A stretch of 61,056 nt of DNA, the filler included, from Rhabdomonas costata (Eukaryota), in the NCBI GenBank assembly GCA_019059605.1. It is 19 parts of 19 records of this genome, joined end to end, with 100 filler letters (N's around TTAATTAATTAA, not from the genome) between each part and the next. Parts side by side here need not be neighbours in the genome. Positions count along the whole stretch, not along the records: positions 1 to 3,123 come from JAHMHO010001338.1; positions 3,224 to 6,345 come from JAHMHO010001339.1; positions 6,446 to 9,568 come from JAHMHO010001340.1; positions 9,669 to 12,789 come from JAHMHO010001341.1; 15 more parts are not named here. One strand, 5' to 3'. Each line of letters opens with the position of its first letter. The first letter of the stretch is position 1. The position numbers were made by a program, and so were the translations under genes. Of the stretch, positions 1-12,889 are shown piece by piece. The notes under the pieces are model-generated. The model searched no databases. It saw nothing but the letters and a program-made list of their open reading frames with translations, and was not told the origin of the DNA.

Positions 1-1270
1 GTGTGGGTGGCGCAGCTTTTGAAGAGAACTCTTTGGTGGGGAGGTGAAGGGAGGACCCTTCTTCCCTCCTCCTCCCTTTCCTTGGCTTTTTCTTGGAAGA
101 AGGATGGCTTGGCTCTGCTTGCTGCATGGGTTGACAATGTGCGGCGGTGAGGTTCTGGGCTGTGTCAGAGAGAGAGAGCAGCTGTGGGCTCCCCCAGCTC
201 CCCAGGGGAGCCATCAGAGGCTGCAGCCCGTGCTGCTACCCTCATAGCCTCTGCGAGTCAAACAGGGGATTCTCTCTCCCCCTTTGATTTTGAGGGCCTC
301 ATCCTCAATAATCCAGTTCTGGCGGGGTCCTGACCCCCCGCATTTTTTTTGCCCCTCGCATTGTTTGTCTTGCTTGGGACTCTTAATTCCTACTGACCCC
401 CGCCCATCGTGGGGAGGTTGTGTTCCTGCGTTGGGATTCTGTGGGGGGATGGCGTGAGCCGCTGTGGCTCCGCACCTCGTGCCTCTTCATGTTTCTCAGC
501 TTTTGTGGAGGTCTTAAGAAGGATGTCCCCAATCCACAGAGGATTGCTTCCCCGTTGGAGCCCAATCCCAACAAAAATTCTGTGGTGATGAAGGTAAGTC
601 GATTTTGAAAGTAGGGTCCAAGCTGTGGTTATTGCAATGAAGGGAAGGGGTGATAAATATTGAGGGAAGTATAGAAAGATATATGAAAACAACGGAAACT
701 AGAGTGATTTCAGCGCAATGAATCAACCATGGATATCCCCAACGAGGCATGGTCGAGGAATCTCATGTAGTCTCTATTTTTGAGGAGGTAACGGGGTTTT
801 GCGGGGTTGTTTGAACAATGGAGATGAGGGAATGGCGTAACAGAAAGATGGTGGCACCGTAACTGGCCGAGGGCGCAAGGATTTTTTTCGGCATTCTCTT
901 TCTCGGCGCACAGGTATAGGCGACGTTTTGGAGGACGCGGGTTTCCTCGGCGCTTCAAGAATCGTACATTTCTTCGAATCGCTTATCCGATTATGGGATA
1001 CAGCTTTAGACTGCTTGAATGGGCCTCTGCCTTCTTTGTCATTCTCGCCATTTGCCGCTAGAAAGCCTCTGTGACTCCTGTCATCCCCTTTCCTTCCTCT
1101 GCGCAACACGAGGGAATAGGTGAGAAAGGGGTGTGAAGAAACTGAAGAAGTCTGCAAGAGAATCTTGTCCCCCTGCGCGTGCGACGTAGAGGCCTTATAA
1201 GGCTAGTGCCAAGGAGGGGCGACACACACACACACAAGGGAGTCAGTGAGAGGGGGGGAGGGAAGAAGAG

Positions 1271-3123
1271 ATGGCCCACGTAGTTCCCGTAAAGATCGAC
1301 TCTTCGGACCCCACGCGGGAGGCCAAGGTGGGGGACAGTGTCGTGATGCGTTACCGGTGCACCCTGGAGGACGGCACCCTGTTCGACTCTGCCCCGGTAC
1401 CTCCTCCGTTTCCTTCTGCTTCCTCCATAGAACAGTGCCAGATTCCATCCAAATCCGATGAAATCGTGAGACCCAGGAGACCGAAGAGCGAAAAAGAGTT
1501 CCCCAGCTTAATTTTGTGCATTGAAACCAATGAAAAGGCCAAAAATGATGAAAGTGCTCTGTCACAAGGTGTGTGTTGCTCACACCTTGCTCACGGCCTT
1601 GGTATTTCCGCTTTGGCGAGACAAAATATGATGAGGGGGAATATGCCCGCGCTGGTACTGGGGCCAGATATTTGTTTCCAAATTTCCGCTTGTGCTTCAT
1701 CCGCTGATGCTATCATCAGTTTATGCAGCTTTCTAGTGTGGGCATGTGCGTTCGCGATTGGGGTGGTGGGGCAGGTCCCCTCCGGGTACGTGGTGGGCAG
1801 TGGGGCGCTGATCTCGGGGTTTGATGAGGCTGTGCTGGGCCTGAGGCCGGGGCAGTCTCGTACAGTTCGGCTCAACGGCGAGCAGCGGTCCCTGGCTCCT
1901 TCTCACTTCTGTCTCTGCCTGCGTACGAGATGATATTATGTGTGCGTGAGCGCTTTCACCCAAGGAATCCAGCTAACGAAACGTCCGGAAGTCACCGGGG
2001 GGTGGCAAGCGCCAACCTCTCTGGTCCGAAGCTGACCTAAAGATTCTGGGCAGAAGAGGCGTGAAGAGGCAAAGTTGAAGCCATAGTTGAATGCGGCGTG
2101 TAAAGTGCCACCCATACTTCTGGAATGACGTTCGCGCATGGCCTTACACTGTTTGTACAGAGGTCACCACGGAAGCAGCCTGAGAACAGTCCAACAGTGG
2201 GCATATCATCGCCAAAACCCCACTTCAGAAATTGCAGCATTTTGCTGTTCGATTCGGAGAGGAGAATTTTGGTGCAACGGTACAGGGACAGGGTGGCACA
2301 AAGTGTGTGGAAGATTCCTGAATCTGAAAATTGACCTTGGTTTGTGGTGACCTCCAGGGAAGAGAGCGTTCAAACTCGTAGCGAACTCGTATTTTCATCC
2401 TTTTAACGTAACAGGCATCTGTTCACCCTGTCTTACGAAGAAAAAAAAGGGGGGGAATGCCAATAGTCCATGCACTTTTTGCTGTAAGATCCGGGTTGTC
2501 AAATGTTGGCTGGCAAGTAAAGCATTCAATGTCGGCAAAAACCGTGCCTCTGGGTGCAAACTGTGTGTTGGGGGGGGGAAGCAAAGTAGACCGCGATTGC
2601 ACCAGAAATTGAGATAGTTTTTTTGTGATTACAGTACGTGGCGCGATTTGTTCTGGTGCAATGGGTGCTATGTGACCTAGCTGGTCGCCCCAAGGAAAGT
2701 TCCCATGACGATGTTCTGAAATAACCCCGTGTGATTCCATGAGCTCTCACAGCCTCTTCCCTGACGAAAACCTTGGCCCCGTCTACTCTGTATTTCTTGT
2801 GCTGTGTATGAATGGTTTGCTTGTATGTGGGGGTTCAGCTTTGGCAAGCGCCGTGAGGATCTTGTTTTCAAGATGCCCCGCCACAATGCCCCGGAGGGGC
2901 TTGCTGTGGGAACGGCGATGAAGCTCCGCAGTGGCACCGTGGTCGTGGTGAAGGAGATCACCGACGACAGCGTGTTCGTGGACGCCAACCACCCCTTGGC
3001 GGAAAAGAACCTCGACCTGCAGGTCGAGCTGCTGGGCTTCGGCTCCCCGGAGCCGGGCACCCTGGCCGCAGCCCTGGCCGCGCCTGGGCCCCCGACCTCG
3101 CTTGCCGGTCAGCTGGCTGGACA
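1271..3123 (+). CDS. FKBP-type peptidyl-prolyl isomerase, SlyD/FkpB type with insert-in-flap domain; 3 exons, 3' truncated
   Basis: Exons 1271-1396, 1775-1887 and 2839-3123 join in phase through GT-AG introns: GDSVVMRYRCTLEDGTLFDS..GSGALISGFDEAVLG..FGKRREDLV..VFVDANHPLAEKNLDLQVELL. The DANHPLA motif is SlyD-type. Confidence 0.9.
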
Positions 3124-3223
3124 NNNNNNNNNNNNNNNNNNNNNNNNNNNNNNNNNNNNNNNNNNNNTTAATTAATTAANNNNNNNNNNNNNNNNNNNNN
3201 NNNNNNNNNNNNNNNNNNNNNNN
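3124..3223. other. Artificial contig linker (44N-TTAATTAATTAA-44N), first of 18
   Basis: The same 100-nt linker, with stops in all six frames, also lies at 6346-6445, 9569-9668, 12790-12889, 16012-16111, 19235-19334, 22456-22555, 25672-25771, 28890-28989, 32123-32222, 35339-35438, 38559-38658, 41772-41871, 44987-45086, 48202-48301, 51415-51514, 54626-54725 and 57839-57938. Confidence 0.99.
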
Positions 3224-4078
3224 GTTTTTGTTTTCTTTTTTCGGAGTGGGGCCTTGTGTTTAAACCTCGTGTGCGGGAAAAACCATTGTTTGGTCCATTC
3301 GATTTTTTTAAATTGATGCCGATTTCTGACCCCGTCTCCTTCTTCCTTTTTTCGACTGTCTTTTCTCCTTCTACTTTTTTTTCTGTTCCTTATCCCACTC
3401 CCGACCATCCGCAATGATGGAGGTTTCGGCACCACTCTAGTTTGTACCATGTTGTATGCCGACCGATCCTTCTTTTGTTTGCCTAGCTGCGCCGAAATGA
3501 ATAAAGACATCCTGGGATCTTCTGATTTAAGTGGAAATGCCTCTTCAGCATACCAGGAGGGTGAACGTTGAACGTTGAAGGTTGACATGAAACGCAGCAG
3601 CCTTTGCTTGCATGCGACTGGCTGTGGGCAAGGAGACAGAAGATTTTCCCATGGTTTTGCACTGAGCCTGAGCGTCCTTGGTCTATTGCTTCTCGGCGCG
3701 AAATAAAGCTAGGCTCAGACAACTGCGCCCGTCTCTCCGTAGCAATAGGTACAAAATGCTTTTGAACCTAAGGGGCACACTGCAAGCGCGGCATGCGAGG
3801 GCTACGCTCGGCCGAAACTGGACTGGGGATTTGATATACAGTTGGCATCGCTTTGCCTTACCTTTTGCAAAGGGAGTTGAAGACTTTAGGGAAAATAGCT
3901 TCGCGCGTAGTTAGAAGTTAACGGAAAACAGTTATACTCGCGCACATGACTCGCTGCATGCGAAAAAAAAGCAAAGTGTTTTTTGCGCATGCAGCACACG
4001 GTTCCTTTGGCAGATTCTTCTCTCTCTTTCATTTCGGCACCTTGGCCTTCACAAACCTCCGCTTTCTGGGCTTGCCTC

Positions 4079-5216
4079 ATGGCCTCGTCAAGCATCTGCG
4101 GGGAAACATGCGATTGGCTGTGCTGCGCCGTATGCTACCTTGTCGCCTTCCTCTTCCTGGTCACATCGGTGCTCAGCGTGGCCAGCACCTCCCTGACGGA
4201 TTGGTGGTGGATCACGGATCCCACTCGGGGTCTGCACGAGGGGCTGTGGTCGATCTGCGTGGGCACGGCGTGCCTGCCCAATAACGAGTACTCTGGGGGG
4301 TGCGTGGCGCTCCTGAACACGGTGCGGGGATTCTCCATCATGACGATCATCCTGGGGTTCTTTGCGATGGTGGCCGTGGTGGTGGTGAGGCGATGGTGGC
4401 CGTGCCAGTGGCGGCTGGCTCATTACATCGCTGGGCTCACGGTGTATGCTCTATTGCTGGGTTTGCCTTGACGTTTGGACCGTTGCGAAGTGGTATTATA
4501 TCAGGGATTCAAGGTTGTCGCTGTTTTCCGTTTTGGTTGTTGGCAGTCATGAGGTCACCAGTTCTCTGTCTGTTTAACTTGGCCTCTCCTGCTCAACCAT
4601 TGACCTCCCCACCCTCTCCCGCTCTCAGTTCCGCCCTAAGAATTTCGGTTGAGTCGGTCCACGGTGGAACGTGGCTTAGCGATTATAATGAAGAGCATGA
4701 AGAGTAGAGTAGTAGTCTTTGTGTATTTTGTGCTGCAATATTACAAGTAACTTTTTTACTCCGCAGATGTGCGTTTCGGTGATCCCTTGGTCCGTCTACC
4801 TGGGCTTCGTCTCGCAATGCGTGACGGGGCCCTACTCCCACACGTTGGAGCCCTCGGTGTACGACCCGTACGGGTACGCCTCAAAGCCCTCGGAGTTCTC
4901 GTTCCCCAGGATCACGAAGGGTAGCGGGTGGTGTCTTGCCATTGCGGCTTTCGCATGCTCCGCAGCCGGAGTTATTCTTATCGTCGTTTTGGATTGGTTC
5001 TGGAGGGTCGAGTGTGATCACAGCTCTGCTCCTCCGTGCTTCTCCCCTTGCCGTGTGAATGTCCTTCCGCCGGCCCGTCTCGACGGGATCGTTTTCACCG
5101 AGGTTACGCCATTTCCGCCGCCCGCAGTTGCATATTTCCTCTGTCCCCAGACTGGGGCGATCTGCACTTGTAGCTGTTCTTTCGCCAGTGCCAGCCATAT
5201 ATGCCCTTTGGGTTAG
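4079..5216 (+). CDS. Amastin/claudin (PMP22 superfamily)-like four-TM membrane protein; 2 exons
   Basis: Exons 4079-4441 and 4767-5216 with a phase-0 GT-AG intron. Pattern: hydrophobic helix, W..GLW..C..C extracellular loop, VRGFSIMTIIL, further hydrophobic helices, Cys/Pro-rich tail. Confidence 0.7.
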
Positions 5217-6455
5217 CGGTGCGCTGTCATCTTCCTCCTTCGGTGAGAACTGGTTTTTGCGGTGAACAAAACATCTTTTGCGTGATTTCCCTTTTGACCG
5301 TTTGCCCGTATTTGCACGCTTATTGGGTGCATCGACTTCTTGCGGTGTCGGGTGGGTGCACGGGCCGCGTTGAGTTTGTGGGTTCGTTATAATCAACCTT
5401 AATTTGTGCGGGACGTTGCAGGTCATCGTGTGCCGGTATTTCTGTTCTCATGGGCGACGGCCTGTTTTTTTTGAGGAGTAGAAATCTTCGGACTTGTTCA
5501 CTTCGTATGCCCCCCCCCCCCCGCCGGTCATGATGTGTCCTTCGGATCGGAGTGAAACACTGTGCAATTGTTTTGGACAGGGTACACATGTGTCGAACCG
5601 GGTGGGACTTGCATGCCGCTGGTTGCGGTTATTACGCGGGGATCTCCCCTCCCCTTCCCGTTGCTGCATTTGTCTGCGCGATACTGTACGTTGCCTCTTC
5701 GGTTGTTCAGAAGTCAACCGCTTCTTCTTCAAGGGGTGTGGAGCTGTGACCCGATTTAGCCAAGGCTCGCCACCGTCTTTCAGCATTTCCACTCACCTCC
5801 TTCCTGTGTAGGCGAAGACATCGATTAACTTCGGTTGGTAGGGGCACGGAACCACCCTCACTGTGACCATTTTCTGGGATTTCTCGGCTTACTATTCGAA
5901 CTCGCGCTGCTCAAACCGTCGGTCGCCGGCTCGGACTGGCGCCACGCTCGCTGGTGCAGCCCCTTTCCCATCTGTGCCGTGAGGTCAAAGTTCCAAGTGG
6001 AGGGCCCACAGCAGAAAGACGGAAAGCAATGAGTCGCTCGCTTCATTTGGTTCTGCCCATTTTGCTCAGGATATTGTGTCTTTCCCCTTTGCTCCCCTCC
6101 TCGGCAGGCTTAACGTCCGCTTCGACCCATTCACCCACCCCTTATCCTCAAGCAGCCCGTTATCTCTTCCGAGGCGCCCGCGCAGCCCCGCTGGGCCTGC
6201 TTGGGTGTCACCCTGCTCGCCCTGCTATCAGCACAGGCAGTGTGGTGAGCGTTGTGTCTTGCCTTCCAGTACCTCCCCGGACCTCTACTGTGTCCTGTGT
6301 GGCCTTGCCAGCCCGAAACAGCACCCACCCCCCAACCCAAAACCCNNNNNNNNNNNNNNNNNNNNNNNNNNNNNNNNNNNNNNNNNNNNTTAATTAATTA
6401 ANNNNNNNNNNNNNNNNNNNNNNNNNNNNNNNNNNNNNNNNNNNNGGTTGTGTGG

Positions 6456-6619
6456 CCAAAATAATTACCAATCTGAATGTTGCAATCGTGTTCTGATGAA
6501 ATCAACCACGCGAAAAAACCCATTGTGTTTAGTTTTATATTTTTGTGCTTTCTAAATAGGAGTACGTGGTTGATTTCATCAGAACACGATTGCAACATTC
6601 AGATTGGTAATTATTTTGG
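6456..6619. repeat. Contig-terminal inverted repeat (fold-back), probable amplification artefact
   Basis: Perfect 55-bp arms at 6456-6510 and 6565-6619, directly after a G/T-only contig start. Confidence 0.9.
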
Positions 6620-8730
6620 TCACCACTCACCAAAGTTCTCTATGGCGGTGTCCCGCTTACAATACAAGGTCCCAAAACGTCACACCTGGCACCAGAATAA
6701 ACTGTTAAGACCTACCCCCTGAACGTTTTGTTGGTTGTTGTACAGTTTACGCCATTTTCCAAGCAAGGCGTTGCTCAAAAAGCCGCGAAAGCGTAGAATC
6801 CACGGTTTTTTCCAAGGGCAAGGCGTCACCCAAACACAGTAAGAAACCCAAACCACCAGCAACTAAAAGCCATTGACACCACAAACAATTCAAGCAGTTC
6901 AAAAACTTGTCTGTTGGTCATTAGTCCGCCACTTCCGTGCTAAGGAGATGGTTTCGGTGACAGAGGCGGAAAAAAGTCGAGTCCGATTTTGCACCTACCA
7001 CGCCGGTTTGACGCCGATATGGCGTGGAGCTGTGTTGGAACACGTAGTGGGGCGTAATAGTGAACGCGTGTGTGGGGACTCGATTCCAAGTGGTGGTTCA
7101 ACGCAAGTGCTCGCACCACCTCTTTTTCTGATCCTCTATAACTCGCTTACTTCACTTTGACCAAGCAGTAAGTTTGCATATTGCTCTGAAAATGAAGGTT
7201 TGGTAGAATCCCAACATCGGCTTTGCGAGTGGGATTGTCACCCACGGATATCAAGGGTCCCCATGGCTTACGAGCGGGCAGAGAAGTGAGACATGTGGAC
7301 CAAGACAGGAGCGGAGGGAGCTCAGCGACAGGAACGACCACTATTTCAATCTTTTTATGCGTGTCCCCTCACCACAAATGCCAGGATTTTTTGTCACCCA
7401 AAAATTGCCCATTCCGTCCATGACGGAGCCGCTACCATACATCAGGAGTTTATGCGTAAGATGTTGTAGCGCCCCGGAAGCGGCATGATTGTAACAGCTT
7501 GGCAACGTCAGCCTTTCCAGCATCAACCAGCATCAACCCGGCAACCGTTCACAACATTGTATCGCGCACAGACTCGGATAGCGTTGAACTGCCAGAGCCG
7601 GTGGCTACATCACCTCAACCACTGTGACTGTCGTGTGGTTTGTGTGGGTTTATTGGTTTTGACGGCCCATAAATGCAAATCTTGGTGCCCGGCCACCAAT
7701 AGCGGTCATATCACCCTGGCCAACACCGCTGCGTTGCCTCACCGCGGTACCTGCGTCATCACGTGGTTCGCGAAATCATACATACAGAAATCATACAAAC
7801 CGCGGTCTGTCAAAGGGATCACCGCCCACCACCCAACACGGCCACGGGCACGCGGAATGGCATCCCCGCTATCCACGCTATCGCCAAACCCCATGACCAC
7901 TTCCGAACCCACGATTCCAGCGCACGACCACAGTGCTATATACCGCAAACCCAACCCAGTGAAGACCAAGCTGCTCTTCCTATTCCACTACCCGGGCCCG
8001 TTTCCTCGAACCCTGGGAACCCAGGCAGAATACCGACAACAGTAAGCACCAACAACAGCATAGTAGACCCTTGAAGACAGAAACACAAATACCCACGCAA
8101 AAAAAAAAATCCGAAAACCCGAAATGTGAAAACATAAAGAAAAAAATACACCAAAAAAAACACCATTACACCTTGAAAGTGCGAACACTACGCTCCCTCT
8201 ACCAAGTGTGTAAGGGTACGTAGCATGATGTGATACCCCTGAAGCCACCGTACACCACCTGCTTGCAAAAACATCACCAAAATCATGATTTTCGTATCCC
8301 TTAAACCAAATAAAACGACAAGATGAAAAAATAAAACCAAAAAAGTGTATAAAAAATCGACAAAACTTCACCACAAAATTATTCCGCATCAGCCAGCGAC
8401 ATCAAAGTCCATTAGATGTATGATAAAAGATCAAAGACCATCCACCCAAAAGCAACAATTTAAGCTGCTGCAAGTCACAAACTCATTGCCCCCACCTTCG
8501 TCCAGGCAGACTTTTACGCCAAACCAAACCTCGTTCAGTAGCTCTCAAAGAACCGGAAATTGGTTACATCACAACATCAAGACGAAGTCCTGGCTTTCGA
8601 TATCGCACCCTGACGCGGCGACCTCGCAATCAACCCAGTTCTAACAGCAATTCTGAATAACCCCATAAAAAGACTCCAGCCCACGTCGGAAATACTTGTA
8701 ACCTCAGTCACACAAGAGAGCTCGTAAAGC

Positions 8731-9568
8731 TCACGAATCAACGGGTCTGGCATGAGTGCATATCCACTTTTTCAAGAGAATCCACCGCTTCTTGTCGTAG
8801 TCATAGAACTCGGGGCGATGCTCACGGTACCCCTTGCAAACGTGCCAGCTTCGAATTCCCGCCACCAATCCATCCAACTTTTGGTTTGCAAACCATAATG
8901 GACGGGCCTCATTCCCATTCAATGACTGGGAAAACTGAGTGGTATTCCCAGCAACAGCGACGACAAACAGCACGGTGTTTGCACCAAAGTGGAACCGAAA
9001 AGGAAAGTTCCGCTGCGCGGAAAGCAGCTCAGGAGCAGACTCTGGCAAAACCGGGCCTCGAAGCGGTGGCCTTTGAGTCAACTTCTGAGCCAGAAGCGTG
9101 GTGTCGTAACTGGCCGGAAGCTTCCACGCCACAACCTTAGCAGCCGGCAAGCGACCGTCCTCGCAGCACCCACACAAGCTCTGGGCCCAATCCATAATCT
9201 GCAGTTCGCGGCCTCCTGCACCCCCTGAACCCTTTTGTAGCATCACGATGTCGCCTCGGGTCCGCAAAAGAGACTCATACTGAGCCCCGCCCCACGGAGG
9301 ATCAAAAAACGCGAGGTCAAGGTTTTCCAACAACGGGGAAGAAGCAGAAGGCAAGCCAGGTCCAGGGTCACACCCCAACATCTCCACACAACACGAACAA
9401 ATGACCTCCAGCAATCCTCCGCATGACTCAGAAGGTGTGCCCTGCCTGTACAGCGCCTCGTTCACTCGCAGCGCTTCCGCCCTTTTCCGATCCACCTCCA
9501 CGGCAACCACAAGGTCAAAAAACCCCAAAAGAGGAAATGCATTTCCTCCCCCGCATGCCATACCGTCC
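8731..9568 (-). CDS. RNA cap guanine-N2 methyltransferase (Tgs family), 5' truncated
   Basis: Open frame with DGMACGGGN (SAM motif I), VAVEVDRKRAEALRVN, FFDPPWGG and a downstream WKLP. Confidence 0.8.
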
Positions 9569-9674
9569 NNNNNNNNNNNNNNNNNNNNNNNNNNNNNNNN
9601 NNNNNNNNNNNNTTAATTAATTAANNNNNNNNNNNNNNNNNNNNNNNNNNNNNNNNNNNNNNNNNNNNGTTGTG

Positions 9675-9768
9675 GGGGTTCTTGGGGTCCCCGTGAAATT
9701 CCAAAAAAGAGTTTTCCAGGGACCCCGAAAACTCTTTTTTGGAATTTCACGGGGACCCCAAGAACCCC
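9675..9768. repeat. Contig-terminal inverted repeat (fold-back)
   Basis: 42-bp arms at 9675-9716 and 9727-9768 with a 10-nt loop, at the contig start. Confidence 0.9.
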
Positions 9769-10319
9769 TGCATGACATTCCCGCTCGACTCCTACGTGCC
9801 TGTTGGGTGCAAAATTGTCTTGCTGTGGCAGCAAGGAAAAGCTCGCAGACAAGGAATTATTTGCCTTTACAGCTTTGTTTCAATGAATCAATTGTATTGG
9901 GGAAACAAACTACACTTTTTTTTTTGCGGAATTCGCCTTGACTGTTTGTGTTCACGATGCTGGTTCCAAACCATGCCGTTGAATCCATCCGGTAGGCTGT
10001 GGCAAACGCGGTGGCAGTGGGTAGCAGGCCGTTTTAGTGATTCTTAGAGCAAGGAGGGGGAATTCTCTGCTAGCAATCGGAAAAGGTGCTCTGCTGACAA
10101 ATGAGGATTTTCCTGGCAACTTTACTTTGTTTATCCGGGCCTTTTTTCTGCCAGCCGAGACCCCAGGCCTATTTCGGCTTGGGCCTCTCTAAGCTGTCAA
10201 TTTTTCTTCACCAGTGGTTTTGTTTGCTCGCATCATCGTCTTTTCTTCGCAGCCTTTGTCCTTCTTCGTGGCATTCTTTCCCTTTTTCGCCGTCTCCCTT
10301 TGATTTGTTTGGTTATCCG

Positions 10320-11109
10320 ATGCCCAGCGCAAGGCCGAGCAGGACCTTGCGCGGAATACCCCACGACGTGATCCTCACCGTGTTGGCTTTTCTAAGGAAC
10401 TACCCCGAGCTTGGTAGGATGCCTACGGAAGGGAGAGGGGAACAGGGATGAGCTCGGTAGAGCAGTCACTGTCTTGCCGATGCACAGACACAGTGTTTTT
10501 TCCAATGGAGTGAATGAATACCACAAGACAAGAGTTCAAAGCACAAGCACGGTGCAGACGACAGCAGCACAGAAAAAAGGGATCAGGGTGCGAGAGAATA
10601 TGGAGGTTGAACGGAGCACAGAACAAACGTAATCATACACCAAGGCTGTAAGCTACAGAAGGCACACGTCAAGGAAAGAAGCAAGTTACACAGAAAGGAA
10701 GCCAAGGCGGGCCACAACGGAATCAATTGAAGGATGTGCGCAGGGCATGGTCATGGCTTATCGGAATGCCGTCTGAAGTAGTATGTTTCCGTACCTTTAT
10801 TTTTGGGCGTTTCTTTGTTGGGGAGCAGCCCGGGCACAAACCCCTTCAATAGCGTATGCACAGACCCCCACTTCATGTTCTCTAAGCAACATGGTCCGTC
10901 ATCTCTGGGCCAGGCGACCGGCAACCACCATTGGCCCTCGCACACACTCCCGAATGGGTGCTTCCCCCCTCTCCCCTCCCCCCTCGTATGCAGTGAGATG
11001 CCGCGGCGTCAACAAGTACTGGAAGGGTGCCACAGCGCACTACTCGCTGTGGAGGAGGCTGGTGCTGCGCAACCAAAGAGTGCCTGCTTCCCTGGTGCAG
11101 TTCCTGGAG
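10320..11109 (+). CDS. F-box protein, first two exons (further exons likely near 11909-11927 and 12396-12495)
   Basis: Exons 10320-10413 and 10994-11109 with a phase-1 GT-AG intron give LRGIPHDVILTVLAFLRNYPELVRCRGVNKYWKGATAHYSLWRRL, which fits the F-box pattern. Confidence 0.75.
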
Positions 11110-12889
11110 GTGCCGCCATGCATCCCCCAATTTACACAGCTTTGTACGTTCTTCGCGCATGCAAGACCGCACTGCCAGGAGTGGTTTCGTGCTTTGCAAG
11201 TATGCTGTTCAACTCCGCATCGTCATGCTCGGACTTAATAATAAGTGACATATCGCTCGGCCGGGTGGTGTCCCAGGGACCTTCACATCCATCATGAACT
11301 TCAGCACCACCCATGAAACCTCTGTAGCGTACGTTACAACCTGTTGCAGAAACGGCACGTAGTTGCACACGAGGTCTTCCTCTTCGCAGAATACACGTGA
11401 TACTTCTCGTTATTTTTCTGGTTCTGGGATTCTTACAGCAGCACCACATTAGCTTCTTGTATAATTATCCTCAGCACAATTTCTAATCTGCTTTCAAGAT
11501 CGGGCGTCATTGCGAGAGTCCAGCGTCTTTTTTGGGGTTTGTATTAGTTTTCTTTTATTGCTTTTTCGTCGACGTGGCGTCTTTTCACGCCTGACGCGCG
11601 CGCGTGCTTTCCAAGCATTTGGCCAAGCTGCATACCGTACTTTAGGACAAAACGAAATGCCTCGATCTGCAGCTGTTATGGAGGCCTTTTTTGACCTCCA
11701 AAAGAGAAGATTTTCGTCTTTATTTATGTGCACGCTGCGGTCAGGGGGTGCACGGGCCGTCGTTGCCTTTGTCGGTGCTGGACTTGCGGGGCACCACCAT
11801 GTTTGTGGGCGACTTGCTTCATCTGGTGCAGCGTTGCGGGCCTTGCCTGGGTACGTTTCTTTGGCCCTCACCTCACCCTACGGCCGAAAACGGAAAATGG
11901 AGGCCCAGGGTGTGAATTGGGGGTACGGTGAGCCACGCTGAGGTACGGGCCTGGGCCTGGCACTCCCAGCGGAACCGCTCCCCAGCAGCTTGGGCGACCC
12001 ACACCGATTCGTTATTGGACCCACAGAGCCCTACACAACCACAGTAACGGATCATTCGAAGAGCCTCCAAGAAGGTTCTGGACTCCTGTGACCGCATCCA
12101 CAAAACCGAGGGGGAAGGGTCCCCACCAGTGTGGGAAATGAAGGTGAAAGGCAGTGAGTTTGCAAGGAAATCAAGGATAAGCAGTCGTGATTGTGTCTGT
12201 GAAACATCAGAGAGATAGAGAGGTGTGGTTTATAACGAACGCTGCTACTGTAATATGCATTGTGGAAGCGCACTTGTAGTTGGAGGAGAGGGGGTAAAGG
12301 GCTCTCGGGTCACTTCCGGTTCCTGTCTTCGGGCAAAAACATCGCATAAGCATTGCATCATGAGCACTTATGGTCCGTCGGTCACGTTTGTCCAGATGCA
12401 CACACACTTGGCTGCTCAGTTACTTGGCTAACTGACCACCTCACTTCGTCCTTACACGCGCGCACACTTCGGTCCGTGGACATGTCACATCGAGGGCTCC
12501 CCTTCTCCTTTTTTTCAACTTTCCTTGACCTCAACTTGCGGCAAAAGCAAGGCTCTGTTGCCTCACGACCAGCTCTGAGGTCTCTCACTCACTCGCTCGC
12601 TCTGGTGACTATCAAAGAGAGGGATGCATTCTGCATTCTACCTTTCCGCAGGACGAGTCTGGAGGAGCCAGGATGCCCCCAACGTTGTGGCCTAAGCCCC
12701 CGGTCACTAGGGTCCGCCAGGGCCCCAGCGGAGACCGCGAGGTGCAGCAGGCTCCTCCCATGGCGTGGATGGGCCCACTCCCAACACCCNNNNNNNNNNN
12801 NNNNNNNNNNNNNNNNNNNNNNNNNNNNNNNNNTTAATTAATTAANNNNNNNNNNNNNNNNNNNNNNNNNNNNNNNNNNNNNNNNNNNN

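Noticed and set aside
44-1157. Short ORFs here and most other ORF-track entries
   Set aside because: No motifs. They are intron read-through, antisense shadows of GC-rich exons or chance frames.
3168-3179. Regularly spaced TTAATTAATTAA as a biological repeat or CRISPR-like array
   Set aside because: It always sits between 44-N runs, so it is a concatenation linker. The ~3.2 kb period reflects contigs of similar length.
7398-7410. Sm site (AATTTTTGG on minus) suggesting U4 or U5 snRNA
   Set aside because: No U6-pairing segments or U5 loop I nearby.
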